From Setoptus koraiensis (taxonomy: Eukaryota > Animalia > Arthropoda): a stretch of DNA of 64,000 nucleotides. Numbering within the stretch: position 1 is the first letter of the stretch; every line of letters begins with the position of its first letter. The position numbers and the translations under genes are program-made. A model generated the notes under the pieces. That model made no database searches. It was not told where the DNA came from and saw only the letters and a program-made list of their open reading frames with translations. Location: the NCBI GenBank assembly GCA_048013815.1, contig CM106585.1:19344001-19408000 (forward strand), in the 5' to 3' direction. This document shows, piece by piece, positions 44,888-56,791 of the stretch.

Positions 44888-47501
44888 ATGCTTCCTCAAA
44901 CACAATACATCCTATTGATAGTGTGCACTTTGGTGTCATTGGCACATTGTTCATCAATTAAAGGATATCAATATGTACACCAAAGAGACGAGCCTAGATC
45001 AATCAAATTATCACCAGCAAACAATCTCGACAGACAGCAAGCTTCACGCGCTGGTCAGCTCCACAATCCAATATATGAAACCGGAAGCAAACCACAACCA
45101 AATGTTCCAGTGTTAGAGAGTACAAAGAAATTGTACAATGAAGAACTACTCAGACGACAGCAACAACTACATGGTGGTAACCACAATTTACAACAACTAG
45201 CGGTAAAATCACAGCCAGTATATCAACCAGAAGAGAGCAGACAACAAGCTCCAGCCTCGCCAGTGGCCGCACCAGTGGCCGCACCAGTAGCTGCACCAGT
45301 AGCTGCACCCGCGGTTGTACCAGAAGCTGCTCCAGTAGCCGCACCAGTGGTCAGCCAAGCGGCTGCACCGGTAGCAGCACCAGTTGTTGATCCAGTGGTA
45401 GTTCCTGAACAAGTAAAATCACCAGTCGTAGAGCCACAACAAGCCGCTCCAGTACCAGAAGCTGCTGTTTCCCCAAAGAAACTAGAACAACCAGTTGTGC
45501 CAGTTGTTGCCAGCGAGCCACTACCAGCCGCTAGCGTGCGATCTGCACAACCAATAAAGGAGGAATCGGTGCCATCGCCAATTGCACCTGTCGCACCTGT
45601 CGTACCTGTTGTACCTGTCGTACCTGAGGCACCAGTTGTTGCCGCTCCTCAAGAGTCTGCACCCGCACCCGTTCAATCTGTACCAGAGCCAGCAGCTAGA
45701 GTAGGAGAGTCGCCAGTTGCAGCTCAACGCTCGCCAGAACCAGTTGTGGCTGCAGTGCCTCAAGTACCGGTGGTCGAACAACCAGCACCCCAAGTGCCTG
45801 TTGCGCCAAAAGAACAGCGTGTGAGCGCACCAGAAGTTCCCGAAGTGGCCAAGGTAGAATCGCCAGTTGCACCAATCGTACCTGTTGTTCCGGTTGCACC
45901 AGCTTCACCAGTCGCACCAGCTTCAGTTGTTGCGCAGCCGGTCGTAGAGCGTGTCGTTGAGCCAGTTGTGCCAGTTGTAAATAAAGAGAATGTTGTTGCT
46001 GCACCAGTTGTTGAGCCCCAACAACAAGTGGCCGCTCCCGTGGCTGCCGTCGTGCCACAAGCACCCGTGGTGCCAGTGGTGCCAGCAGCTCCAGTTGTTC
46101 CGGTGGTGCCAATTGTGCAACAACGCCAAGTTCAACAAGTGTCGCCAGTTAGTTTGAAATCCGACGAGGAGGTCCTGAACGGCGTGCCCAGCTTAAATCA
46201 AGAAGACTACGCCTCGGTCGAGGTGCCCGCGCCAGACCCGGGTCTCGTACTGTCGGAGCCAATTGATAGCGCAACAAAACTGTTGATCGATCTAGATGAG
46301 CATGTACAAAAGTTTCTACCAGCCGAAGAGCAACAACAACAGTCGCAATCTCAACCACAATCAAACTCGCCCGGTGACTATGCTAACTATCCCGTAGCAC
46401 CATTAGAGCAACCGTCGCCATTGGCAACCGGCAAAGATCTATCCAATGGACCATTATCGCCTTACTCAGGAAATGATGATCCAATCGTGCCACCTTTGCC
46501 ATCATTGGTAGGAGTTGAGCAAGCGTCACCAGCATCGGCAGTTGTTGCAACTGTTGCGGCTGCATCATCGTCGGCTGCTCTATCATCGCCATCCTCATCC
46601 TCATCACCATCAGTATCATCATCATCGTCGTCGCCGTCATCGTCGGCCACCCGCCAAAACAACCCTCAAAATCAACAACAGGTTATCAATCAGCTCCTAG
46701 ATCAATTGGACGCATTACAGGCCAGAATACAAGTGAGTACATCGCCTTTTCCAGCTGACCAAAGCTGACGATCTCTATAACTATGCTCTATCTAGGATCT
46801 GGAAAAGTTGATTGCGACCACGGCTACATGATATAACCACTACTACTACCATCACCATTGAGACAATAGCTATACAGCGAAACAAGTTCAATGAGAATGA
46901 CTATGAGTGAATGACTCGACCAATATCATGCGAGCCGGTAACTGGCCACAATCAATCAAGCAGTTTACTACGTCGAATACTATAAACAAGATATCAGATT
47001 AGACATTCCATCATTGAGCTCTCATAGATGAATTTTTGTCTAGTCAGATTTGTACAGGCCATTAACCTTGATCATTGAACATCCTTACCATTGCGCTTAA
47101 AATTGCATCATCCACTAACCACTGTCCAATCTTCTTACTGTTGTTCGTTTGCACTGAATTTCTTCATCATATCTTTGATTATATAAACCTTACAGGATAC
47201 TATTAAACAACTTGTGGCCCGTCGTCGCTATGTTCTTAGTGCCGTCATCACGCCAATGGGTACCTATGTACGCCGAGTAAGAACCAACTTGGAACGATTG
47301 CAAAACAGATTGTCGGCACTACAAGCCGCGGCCACATCAATGGGAGGCGGAAACAATCGTCCGGGTGGTTTTGTCGATGCTGCAGCCATTGAAAATATGA
47401 GACGTCGCATTGATGAAATAAGCAAACGTATCAGTGACATCATTAATCGTATTAGATTCAGTCTAACACCTACCTCGGCCCCAATGAACAACGGAAAATA
47501 G
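44888..47501 (+). CDS. Secreted Pro/Val/Ala-rich repetitive protein with helical C-terminus; exons 44888-46732 and 47196-47501
   Basis: Signal peptide, VAAP and PVVP repeats. Donor CAA|GTGAGT at 46733 and acceptor TACAG at 47195 join ARIQ|[12 protein letters not shown] in frame. Confidence 0.7.
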
Positions 47502-48233
47502 ACAATCGAACGCGTATAACACGATTCAGGCTAATTCAATCTATTTATTCTAATTTATTTCCACTTCTAATTTATTTATAAAATGCGATTGAATTAACAA
47601 ACAAACCAGTGTGCCGAATTAATATCACGATCTAAATATCTATATAAAGAGAACGCTTTTCGTAATTTGATTTAATTTATCGGTATTCGATGACGAAAAG
47701 CACTACTGCAGCTCGTTCGCGCTATGCACAAACCAATTATTTCTTATGGTCTGATGTCTGACTCTCTCAAACGGATTAGTCCAATAAATAACTATAATTA
47801 TTTATAATGATTACTCTCTGAACTTCGAAGTCTCAACTCAAAAAGAACAAACAAAATTCTCTAGGCAGGAAGCGAAGGTTTTGCAAAAGAGACACTCCAG
47901 ACATTCTTTCTACGTCTAGAAGAAAGCGCGGAGAAAAAGAGCTCAAACATCTACGACGTAAAGAAAGCGAGTCAAGGAGTTTCAGATATTAACGACAAAA
48001 TACCGCCACTGTCGTTATGGCTTCTCACTTCACACCAGGTGCATTTCGAGCTGCTGGGCCGCGATCGCAAAGAAATATAATTCGATGGATATCACCGTAT
48101 AGCAACGACTAGTTCGATCAGATTATGATGCCAAGCGATATTTGATTTAGCTAAATATTTGGATAGTTTGTTGAATAATAATATGAGTTTCTTTTAATCT
48201 TGTTTACCTGTCTTTTCACCAATTCACTCTCGA

Positions 48234-49194
48234 TCATTCTTCCATTGGCACGTGTTCTACATGACTACTAACCACGTCGAATGGAATTTTTGTGGATTTC
48301 AAGACACCGGTGCTTCCCGGTTTGTATTTGTAGCTCTTCTGTCTGACACCTCGTTTGTTGGCGACCTCAAAAGGTCTCACGTAATCCACTTTATCTTTTG
48401 TAATAACACACATGTCAATGTTTGAACCAGAACCCAAGTCGTTGAAGACTCCAGCGGCAACGGCGTCCCTTACTAATTTTTTACCTTCCTCTAAGGACAT
48501 GTCTTTTTTCCAGCGAGACTCGAATACCGCCATGGCTGCTAAGCTACCCGAACCTAATGTCACATAGGGCAATGAATCTGAGGATCCATGTGGGTGTATA
48601 GAATACAAGCTTGGTCCAGATGTGTCAACACCACCCAATACCAGGGCTGCTCCAACATGCCCCTGATACTTGAATAGGTATCTCTTGAGCAGGGTCAAAG
48701 CCATCACAACTGGCACGGTGGAATTTGTATTAAGTCTGTGTAGTTCGACTTGAGACGCTATTAATTTCGTCAGAAAATCTGTGTCCGCCGCTGTACCAGC
48801 TCCACAGCAGTAAATGTTGGAAGCAATATTGTGTATTTTGGAGCAATCCTTGTCAGCTATGATTGTATCAGCAGTTGCACGAGTATCAGCGCCAAGTATG
48901 ACACCATCTTTGAAAATAATTCCGACAATTGTGGTACCGGTTTTAGTAGCAGTTGGCATCTTGTAGCCATTTTGAACTAATTTGGCGTTTCTACATTGAT
49001 ACAGGATGGAAGACGATATTGTCATTGTGATTAGATGATCACAATTATCTTAAATTCAGTGTCTGTTACTACAACTGTTTGACTGCTTCAAACAGAAACC
49101 TTCTATGGGTATGAGTTGCTTACCTTTCACAGAAATCATAATCGAAACCTGGTTTCTCCTGGATGGATTCGAATCCTTCTACCGATCTAAACAT
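48234..49194 (-). CDS. PSMB7: 20S proteasome subunit beta-2; exons 49194-49124 and 48990-48234
   Basis: Propeptide GFDYDFCER|NAKL, mature N-terminus [22 protein letters not shown] and GSGSLAAM. Confidence 0.95.
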
Positions 49195-49833
49195 GTTTTC
49201 TCCGAAGGTGTTTGAATTAATTGCAAGTTGACAGATAATATATTTGCTTAAATGTTGATTGAGTTGGTAATGATTATTTCAGACAGCAATGAGAAATTTT
49301 AAGTCAACAGATGATACCACAGTTACAATTCAGTTCACCTACACATGATTTGTGAGAGAGCATTATTGTATGAAAGCGAGTGCGCATTCTGTGCCGTTTT
49401 ACTGACGCCGAAAAAGTCGAAACAAAAGTCCACCGTGTGTCGTTGGACACTTTGGGAAGATGTTCAGTAAAAAATGTAAACCCTGGACTTTATTTTACTG
49501 TGCAAAATTGACCTAGGAACAGCTGATAAACACATTTGTCGAGTCGGGCAATCTCAAGTACTAGAGGCTCACCGCGATTTTTAAAGAAGTGAGAATCGCC
49601 GGGTAAAGTTTTGCCCAGTAGTCTATCTGCGGGGCAATTGTGGCGTCATTGTGTGAATAAATATTATTTAACAACACAATCAATAGTAAAACAACAATTA
49701 GGAAATAAGAGAGCTTTCAGTCATTTCAACATGAAAATGAGAGAAAACATTCAAACGACGCCCGATACATCCGGATAAGATCACAGAACAGAATCGACGG
49801 GAAATTTTTCCTCTAGAAAGTTCTAGTCCTGAA

Positions 49834-50823
49834 ATGGCACCAATAACTCCGAGATTGATAGGGCCTCTTCTCAGGTCCATATACCAGCTGCCGCTGTTAT
49901 CAGTCAAACCCGAATCCTTTTGTGGCCCAAAACTGTGGACTGACAGGAGAAAATTTTCATCTGCTAATGAGCAGCGGTCAGATGATGAAGGACCTATCTT
50001 GTACGAGATAGGGACTAAACATGTCAGGTACATCACCTTAAACCGGCCCTCGAAGAGGAATGCATTCAATATTGAAATGGTCCGAAATTTAAAGCATTAT
50101 ATTCAGGTATTCGATGAGGACGAAGATGCCCTGGTAGCTATCATAAGTGGTCGAGAGGGCAACTTTAGCTCTGGTTATGATCTCAATGAGCTGGTAGACA
50201 TAGATAGTGGCCAACCCAATATAAGCAACCTAGACAAGATGCTATTGCCAACGAATGGAAAACTGTCGCGTCACAAGATAGTAATAGCTGCAATGGAGGG
50301 ATATGCAGTTGGTTTTGGCTTTGAGTTGGCCCTAAGATGTGATATTCGTGTCGCAGAAAATGACACTATGATGGGCTTCTTGAACAGACGATTTGGGATA
50401 CCCATAGTCAACGGAGGTACAGTCCTTCTGCCGAAATTGATCAACGGATCTTCAGCCATGGAACTAATCATAACCGGACGAACTTTGCAGGTAACTGAGG
50501 CCATGCAGATGGGACTGATTAAACAAAAATGTGACATCGGTTGTTGTCTTGGAACTGCGACAAACTTGGCGAGATCTCTCACCAAATTCGATCAGGCAAC
50601 TTTGATGAATGATAAGAACTCATTATTTAATGCAGTCATGCAAGTCAACGACAATTCAGAGCTATCTCGACTTTTTTACGAGGAACGAATAAAAGGCCTA
50701 GATCAGTTCACCAATAGTCGGCCTCTCCATGTCGCGGTAAAGTTTCTGAACGGAGATGCTTGCCGGCATGGAAAGTTCAACCTCCAGAATAAAGTAGAAC
50801 AGATGCCAATTTGTACAGTTTAG
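49834..50823 (+). CDS. Mitochondrial enoyl-CoA hydratase/isomerase (crotonase) family protein, intronless
   Basis: ITLNRPSKRNA, NFSSGYDL, GYAVGFGFELALRCDIR, RRFGIPIVNGGT and ELIITGR; N-terminal transit-like peptide. Confidence 0.88.
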   Translation: MAPITPRLIGPLLRSIYQLPLLSVKPESFCGPKLWTDRRKFSSANEQRSDDEGPILYEIGTKHVRYITLNRPSKRNAFNIEMVRNLKHYIQVFDEDEDALVAIISGREGNFSSGYDLNELVDIDSGQPNISNLDKMLLPTNGKLSRHKIVIAAMEGYAVGFGFELALRCDIRVAENDTMMGFLNRRFGIPIVNGGTVLLPKLINGSSAMELIITGRTLQVTEAMQMGLIKQKCDIGCCLGTATNLARSLTKFDQATLMNDKNSLFNAVMQVNDNSELSRLFYEERIKGLDQFTNSRPLHVAVKFLNGDACRHGKFNLQNKVEQMPICTV

Positions 50824-50957
50824 ATAGGTATTATTTATGGCATTTATGATGGGTATAAATATATGTGACTAGAAGTTATCTTCGTCGCTCAATATATTAG
50901 TTTAACATAATTACAATTTTATTGTAGTTGCTAGCTTATCGTAGTTAATAACCTGAT

Positions 50958-51722
50958 TCAACTGATTGATGGCGATTGGGTGATGGTAGCATTGGCGGCA
51001 GCACCTGCTGTAGGCAAATTTCTCGATCTAGCTTTGTCCAACCTATTCTGTAGGTGGACGTTTGTTGTTTTTAATTCCTCAACTTCGGCTTGGGCCTCTC
51101 TCAGATCGCGTAGCAATTTACGTTTTTCGCTTCTTAATTCATCCTGAACCTCTTCATCTTCTTTCAAAGACTGCTTCAGTCTAGTTATTGTATTTTCTTG
51201 CCTAGTGACATGTGTTTGAAGTAAAGCTAGTTCTTTTTCTGCTTTTTGGTGTTTATACTGGTATTCTCTTATTTGCTTACTGGCATCCCTATAGAATTCT
51301 AACAGCTTTTCGGGGCTCGTTAAAATTTCATTGTTCGTCAACTCTCCACCAATTTGAACCTGAGTAACAGCTTGGACAGTTTTATCATCACGATTCTTTA
51401 ATGCATCTTCTAGGTTGGCCTTATATTTTTCTAGCTCTTGTTCCAACTGCTGATAGTTAGTGAGAAGTTTCTGATGTTCTAATTCAATTTTTTCATAACA
51501 ATGTTTATCATGCTGTGTTTGCCTTTGAAATTCTTCCTTCAATTTGATATAATCTCTATTCAATAGATCATGTTGGCGGCTTTTGATTTTTATCTCTTTT
51601 TGAACAATTTTCAGTTGCTCCTCTAGCTCTTCTGTGATATCTTTCCTTTCTTCGACTTGATACCTGAGTAATTCTTTTTCACAATCTTGAACTGGTTGGA
51701 TGGCATTTGACGGGGGTTCCAT
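50958..51722 (-). CDS. Coiled-coil protein of unknown family, 254 aa
   Basis: E/K/Q/L-rich heptad pattern throughout; an in-frame stop precedes the ATG. Confidence 0.7.
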   Translation of the reverse strand: MEPPSNAIQPVQDCEKELLRYQVEERKDITEELEEQLKIVQKEIKIKSRQHDLLNRDYIKLKEEFQRQTQHDKHCYEKIELEHQKLLTNYQQLEQELEKYKANLEDALKNRDDKTVQAVTQVQIGGELTNNEILTSPEKLLEFYRDASKQIREYQYKHQKAEKELALLQTHVTRQENTITRLKQSLKEDEEVQDELRSEKRKLLRDLREAQAEVEELKTTNVHLQNRLDKARSRNLPTAGAAANATITQSPSIS

Positions 51723-52668
51723 AGTGTGACAGGTTTAAGGCTGCTATTGACTGTTTGATAATTTCGTCTTTTTTTTTCTATTATAAAACAAGAATCTGTT
51801 GCATCATGGTCAGCCTAAAACGCATGATTTCGCTTTATTTTAGAGGGGTGGGTGTGGTCGGAGTGATTTTCTCTACCCAACTAGAATTTCCGTCCGCGGT
51901 ATCACTTACCGTATCGGTTCTTGTCGATTGTCATAACTTGGTTTCAAAAAACTTTTCACATACGAAGCCCAGTAGAGGCAATCCAAGTGGGCCGATAGTG
52001 AATCTAGTTATAAGTATGAACCTAATTGCAAAAATACTGAGTTGTCAAAGTAGCCCTACAATTGCTCTTAAAGGTTTACAATGTGTTAAGATGAAACTGC
52101 TCGAAGAAAGCTAGCGATTAGAGCCTATGAGTTGCACTCATATCACGCATGCACCCTGTTCATGCTCGAATCTCTGTTAGTATTTATTGATAAGTATGTC
52201 GGAAATCTCTTCGACGAGAATTCCAGTCATTAATACGAGAGATCTAAGTATTTATTTTAATCTTTAAGAATTTCATAAAGTGACATGTGCTCGAACATGG
52301 CTTCAACAGCAGAAAAAATATTCGAACAGATCATTGAACTTGGAGCTTGTACGGACGCGGTATAGGCTGGGTAGAGATGGTCACCCGGACCTTCGACTCA
52401 CACCTACCCGCAAATAGGCGAAATCAAATGTTCAAAAGCAGTTCATTTTGCAACACGTTCTTTTTCGCAATGGTAAACACCTCTCACCATTTACAATGTA
52501 TTAGACTATAGTTAGAATATAAATGTATGTAGCTTACAATTTATTATTGCCTATCACTTGAATATTAACCATTGATATAAACCGAGGTTTAGAATATCAC
52601 TGGACCACTTCGAGGACTTATATACCCCGGTCACCACTTTTATTTAATACCAATCAGACACTTACGAG

Positions 52669-54588
52669 ATGTGGCGGGAGGCTCGCAAACAGGAGAGGAT
52701 AACCAAGAAATTAATTACCGACCATAAGAAACGTGCCGAAAGAAGAAGGGAAAATGCTGCAAAAAATTGGTTGGATCCAACTACTCTGTTGCAAATAAAT
52801 GGTACTACGGCCAAAATCAACATAGATCCCAATGTTTTTCAGCAGGCGTCCTCGAATTTGATGCCCTGGCAAGGTGATACGGACAATATGATAGACAGAT
52901 TTGATATTAGGGCAAACCTTGAGTCTATCCCTGGTGATACAGCTAGAGACCCAAAGAAGAAGAATCAACCAACTAATGTCGATAGCGATGTGTCGTCAAT
53001 TCGCAAACAGCAGCTCAATTATGAGAGGTATCGAATCTTGATACAGGACGGTATCTTGGACATACCAGAAGATCGCCGTCTTGAATTGATCAGAAAGAAT
53101 GATTACATCAAGTCAACTAGGCCATTGCTCAAGATAAATCATAATCGTTCAAATGACAAACCAAAACATGTTCAACCTAAAGCCGCTGTTGGATTCGACT
53201 ACAACTCATTGTCCTCTGCAGAGAAACTCGATGTTGTTGACGGTGCAAGCGTTACCTGTCAGACAAACACCTCCTATACGGATTCGCAGCAGAGACCTGG
53301 TACTGATGATACAAAAATTTTTAATGACTCTGAATCATCTGACATTGAAATAGATGATACCATCGATATAAAATCCATCGATCATCAGCGTATTGATGAG
53401 ATTTCTAAGCGGTTCGGTTTGATTGGAGGCAGTTTCAAGGATATGGTTGACCAGGATAAACAAGAGGAAGAAAGGGCTCGTAAAAATAAAGAGGACGCCG
53501 ACAACAGACATTCTCTACTAAGTAATTTATCTCGTCACGAGAGACGCCATATTCCAAGTAAAATGCACAAAGATGAACAACAAAATCGTGTTAGGGATGA
53601 GTCTCTTCAACATGTAACAGCTGACAGAGACAACCATTTGAATGACCCAAAAAGGTCTCCTTCGTCTACATCTTCCTCATCATCTTCGTCGAGGTCTCTT
53701 CGATCGCCAACCAATGTCAGGAGAGAATTTATAACTAGTATTAGCCAGAAAGAGAGGGAATCAAAAAATTCAATCTCATCTGATGACGATAGGAAGAGCA
53801 AAAGAGAACTGCCAGCTAATAAAAAGAAATCAAGCTCAAAGTCTAGAAACAAACCTACGAAAGAGATAGTCTACGGCCCTGAACCTGCACCAGATAGTTA
53901 CGAACTGCAACTCTCTAAGAAAAACATACTAAATTTGCAATACAGTAGTAGTTCTAGTAGTGATTCCTCTCCTATACGAAAGCGTTCACGTAGTCGTTCA
54001 ACATCTCGTAGTCCTTTAAGACCGCGTGACAATTCGTCCGAACTCTCTCCAAATGCGGTCAAAAATTCAAAAAATTCTCCCATAGAATTCTACAACATAT
54101 CTAGAACTCGCGAGTCCAGAAACTCGACCAAAGATTATTCTAAATACAAAAGAAGGCATAGTAGTAGTAGTCTCTCGAGTCATTCTGCAGCATCTTCGAG
54201 GGTTAGACATCACCGCAGCTCAAAATCTCGTAGTTCGTCTTCATCATCATCGTCATCATCATCGTCCTCCTCTTCTACTTCAGGCTCGTCATCAACATCC
54301 TCTAGCTCTTCCTCGAACTCAAGATCTTCCAGTTCAACTTCTAGCAAGGGAAGCTCGTCAAGCTCGAGTTATAGTCCAACAGGTTCGCCAAGCAGAAGTA
54401 TTGAAATGGACACGGAACAAAAAAGTGATAATAGAAAAGGTAGACTCAGTATTCCTAGAAGCTCTAGAAGGAGTTGGCGAAGTCCAACTCCATTGGCTTA
54501 TCGAAGACACAAAAGATCAAGTCGTAGTGTTTCAAGAGAGTTGAGAAGAAAAAATAGGCATTCTAAAAGATCTCGATCTAGGTCCTGA
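52669..54588 (+). CDS. CLASRP: CLK4-associating serine/arginine-rich splicing factor, intronless
   Basis: MWREARKQER...KKRAERRRE...LMPWQGDTDNMIDRFDIRANL and LNYERYRILI; Ser/Arg-rich C-terminus. Confidence 0.9.
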   Translation: MWREARKQERITKKLITDHKKRAERRRENAAKNWLDPTTLLQINGTTAKINIDPNVFQQASSNLMPWQGDTDNMIDRFDIRANLESIPGDTARDPKKKNQPTNVDSDVSSIRKQQLNYERYRILIQDGILDIPEDRRLELIRKNDYIKSTRPLLKINHNRSNDKPKHVQPKAAVGFDYNSLSSAEKLDVVDGASVTCQTNTSYTDSQQRPGTDDTKIFNDSESSDIEIDDTIDIKSIDHQRIDEISKRFGLIGGSFKDMVDQDKQEEERARKNKEDADNRHSLLSNLSRHERRHIPSKMHKDEQQNRVRDESLQHVTADRDNHLNDPKRSPSSTSSSSSSSRSLRSPTNVRREFITSISQKERESKNSISSDDDRKSKRELPANKKKSSSKSRNKPTKEIVYGPEPAPDSYELQLSKKNILNLQYSSSSSSDSSPIRKRSRSRSTSRSPLRPRDNSSELSPNAVKNSKNSPIEFYNISRTRESRNSTKDYSKYKRRHSSSSLSSHSAASSRVRHHRSSKSRSSSSSSSSSSSSSSSTSGSSSTSSSSSSNSRSSSSTSSKGSSSSSSYSPTGSPSRSIEMDTEQKSDNRKGRLSIPRSSRRSWRSPTPLAYRRHKRSSRSVSRELRRKNRHSKRSRSRS

Positions 54589-56237
54589 AATTATGATTTG
54601 TACAGATTTACCCATTCCAGACTAAATAGTGAGACAGTTATTGTTCTAGGCAATGGTTGCAAAATAAAGCTAAGAAAATGGCAATTTGTACTAATTATGA
54701 TATAGTATAAATTTGGTACATAAATATATCGTCGTACACTAATGTTCCAAGTTTTCATTACATTTCCGATCATCAAGCTCTTGGCTAGGAGCTCTTGTTT
54801 CATTAGAAAAATCTTCTGTTGGTACCTTTCTAGCAAACTTGTGAACCAATTTCTTCAATGATAGCTCTCTAATCTCTCCGCTAATATATTCAAAGTAAGA
54901 TAATTAGATGATGTATCCAGTATAGTAAAACATTCCCCGGTAAGAATTGAAAAGATTCCAAAATTCATATGTCACATCAAAGCATGTCAATTGCCTGAGC
55001 AGCATAGCAGATAATGAATTTTTTGGTTACACACTCTCGCAAGATGGAACGATTGAAAAATAATTTTTCACCGATTCTCATTCATTCAATAACTTTATCT
55101 GAATTATGGTATCGAGAAAGGACTTTTGTTGGCAGGAGTAACCAACCATGAAGAGAGAAAACTAACTAACGTCTGGTAAGTTGAAATGATTCGTTCGTTT
55201 TTCATGAATGTATTGCAAGCAATCAGATTATTATACGAATGTGTTATATTTTCGGTTAGGTATGTAGATGAAGATTATATCGGTAAGATTTTTTTTGTGT
55301 CCAGGCTGATGGTTTTCGCAAAAATCGACCGAAAATGAAGTGAAAAATGCGCACTAATATGTGCAAACTCAAAATTTCCACATCCTGTGCGCGCTCTCTA
55401 TGGCGATTATGTGTAAGGATGCGCACAGGAGGTGACCATCCAATTTTCTGGGTGTCCTCATTTACTGTGGATCTATGCTAAAACTATCGGCTTCAACGCG
55501 GAAATATTGGTACTGTCATAATCTTCAACTGCACAGCTAACCAAAAATATATAACATCACCCTAATGATTTGATTACTTGCACTCCAATCATGAAAAACA
55601 AGGACGAATAATTTCAACTTACCACACGTTATATACATACTTCACTAATAATTCACTTAAATACTAGAAGTTTGGTTTCTATCGATAGGGATGAAATATA
55701 AGTCAAGTGAATGCTTTCTAGGGGCCGACAATAATGAGATACCACTAAATAGCCTGTAATTATTCCGATATATATCAGGTTTGAGTGTTTTCAATGTTCT
55801 CTGTCATCATAGAGATAATCTATAACATATTACTCTGGGATATACACGGACTTGTATACGAACGAAACTCAATAATAATGTAGCAAACGATTAATTATGG
55901 CGAATAAGTATGCCATAAATATTTTGGGACTGATTGTGATCGTAAATTATCGCGTAGCCAATATCCGGCGTAAATCCACACAAACGTGTACTTGTAATAA
56001 TCAACTAAATATCAAAAGTGATTACATAATGTGTGACGCTACTGTGGTTAAGCTAAGCTTCTCTCTTGGCCTGAATACCATTCATAGAGGCCAATGAATA
56101 AATCATGATGATGACTTTAAGTGTGTGTCTGATCAATTCATCTCAACTTCAGTCGAATCACATGCTTTTTTTTGCTAAATAGTCGCGAATATTGAATAAA
56201 TTATGATGGCTTCACCCATTGTTTGAAACAATGATCT

Positions 56238-56438
56238 TCATGAATTTAGCCCACAAGATTGCAAGTATCTTTTGATTTTAGGACGCCGATTCCTCACAAG
56301 TTGACAACGATTGCACAATAATGAATAATTCAGATAAATGATAGGGAAAAAGATAGCTGCTGAATAACATTTGAACGAGAGCAACAGATTAGTTCCAATA
56401 ATGGATAGCAGGATGCTTACGAATGACAAAATTTTCAT
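56238..56438 (-). CDS. Candidate small secreted peptide (66 aa) or first exon of an unresolved gene
   Basis: Signal-like MKILSFVSILLSIIGTNLLLS and 4 Cys; no homolog in the window. Confidence 0.3.
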   Translation of the reverse strand: MKILSFVSILLSIIGTNLLLSFKCYSAAIFFPIIYLNYSLLCNRCQLVRNRRPKIKRYLQSCGLNS

Positions 56439-56791
56439 GTATGCGATCTATTTCTGTCCCATTCATCACCTGTCCGAGTCAATGACGTAACCCCTTGTGT
56501 GGCCCCTTGAAACAACTTTGGCTATGATACGATTTCTTTTTTTATTGTTTCGCTTCTGATCATGATGACATGCTGTGGCAATGGCTAATTTTGGCTATAT
56601 ATCATAGTGTTTTATAGATCACATTTTACAAACGTTGAGTAGTGACAGCGAGCAAGGTTACCTGTTGTTTGTTGAACCAACATTATGAGACATTCATTCC
56701 AAGATAAGTGTTTTTCAAGCAGGAGTGTAACCAGGGCGATTAGCCATTGAAATTATAAAGTTGAACTCGTATTATACACTTTTCGTGAGCT

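Noticed and set aside
49834-50823. Intronless crotonase as a bacterial horizontal transfer
   Set aside because: This subfamily is also present in insects as I recall, it has a transit-like peptide, and intronlessness is general in this window. A phylogeny would be needed.
52360-52415. GGGTAG...CTACCC stem with a TTCGACTC B-box-like motif (tRNA/SINE?)
   Set aside because: No cloverleaf or A-box could be folded; too short.
54739-55030. Minus-strand frame with one internal stop (FDVTYEFWNLF...)
   Set aside because: No family recognised and insufficient evidence.
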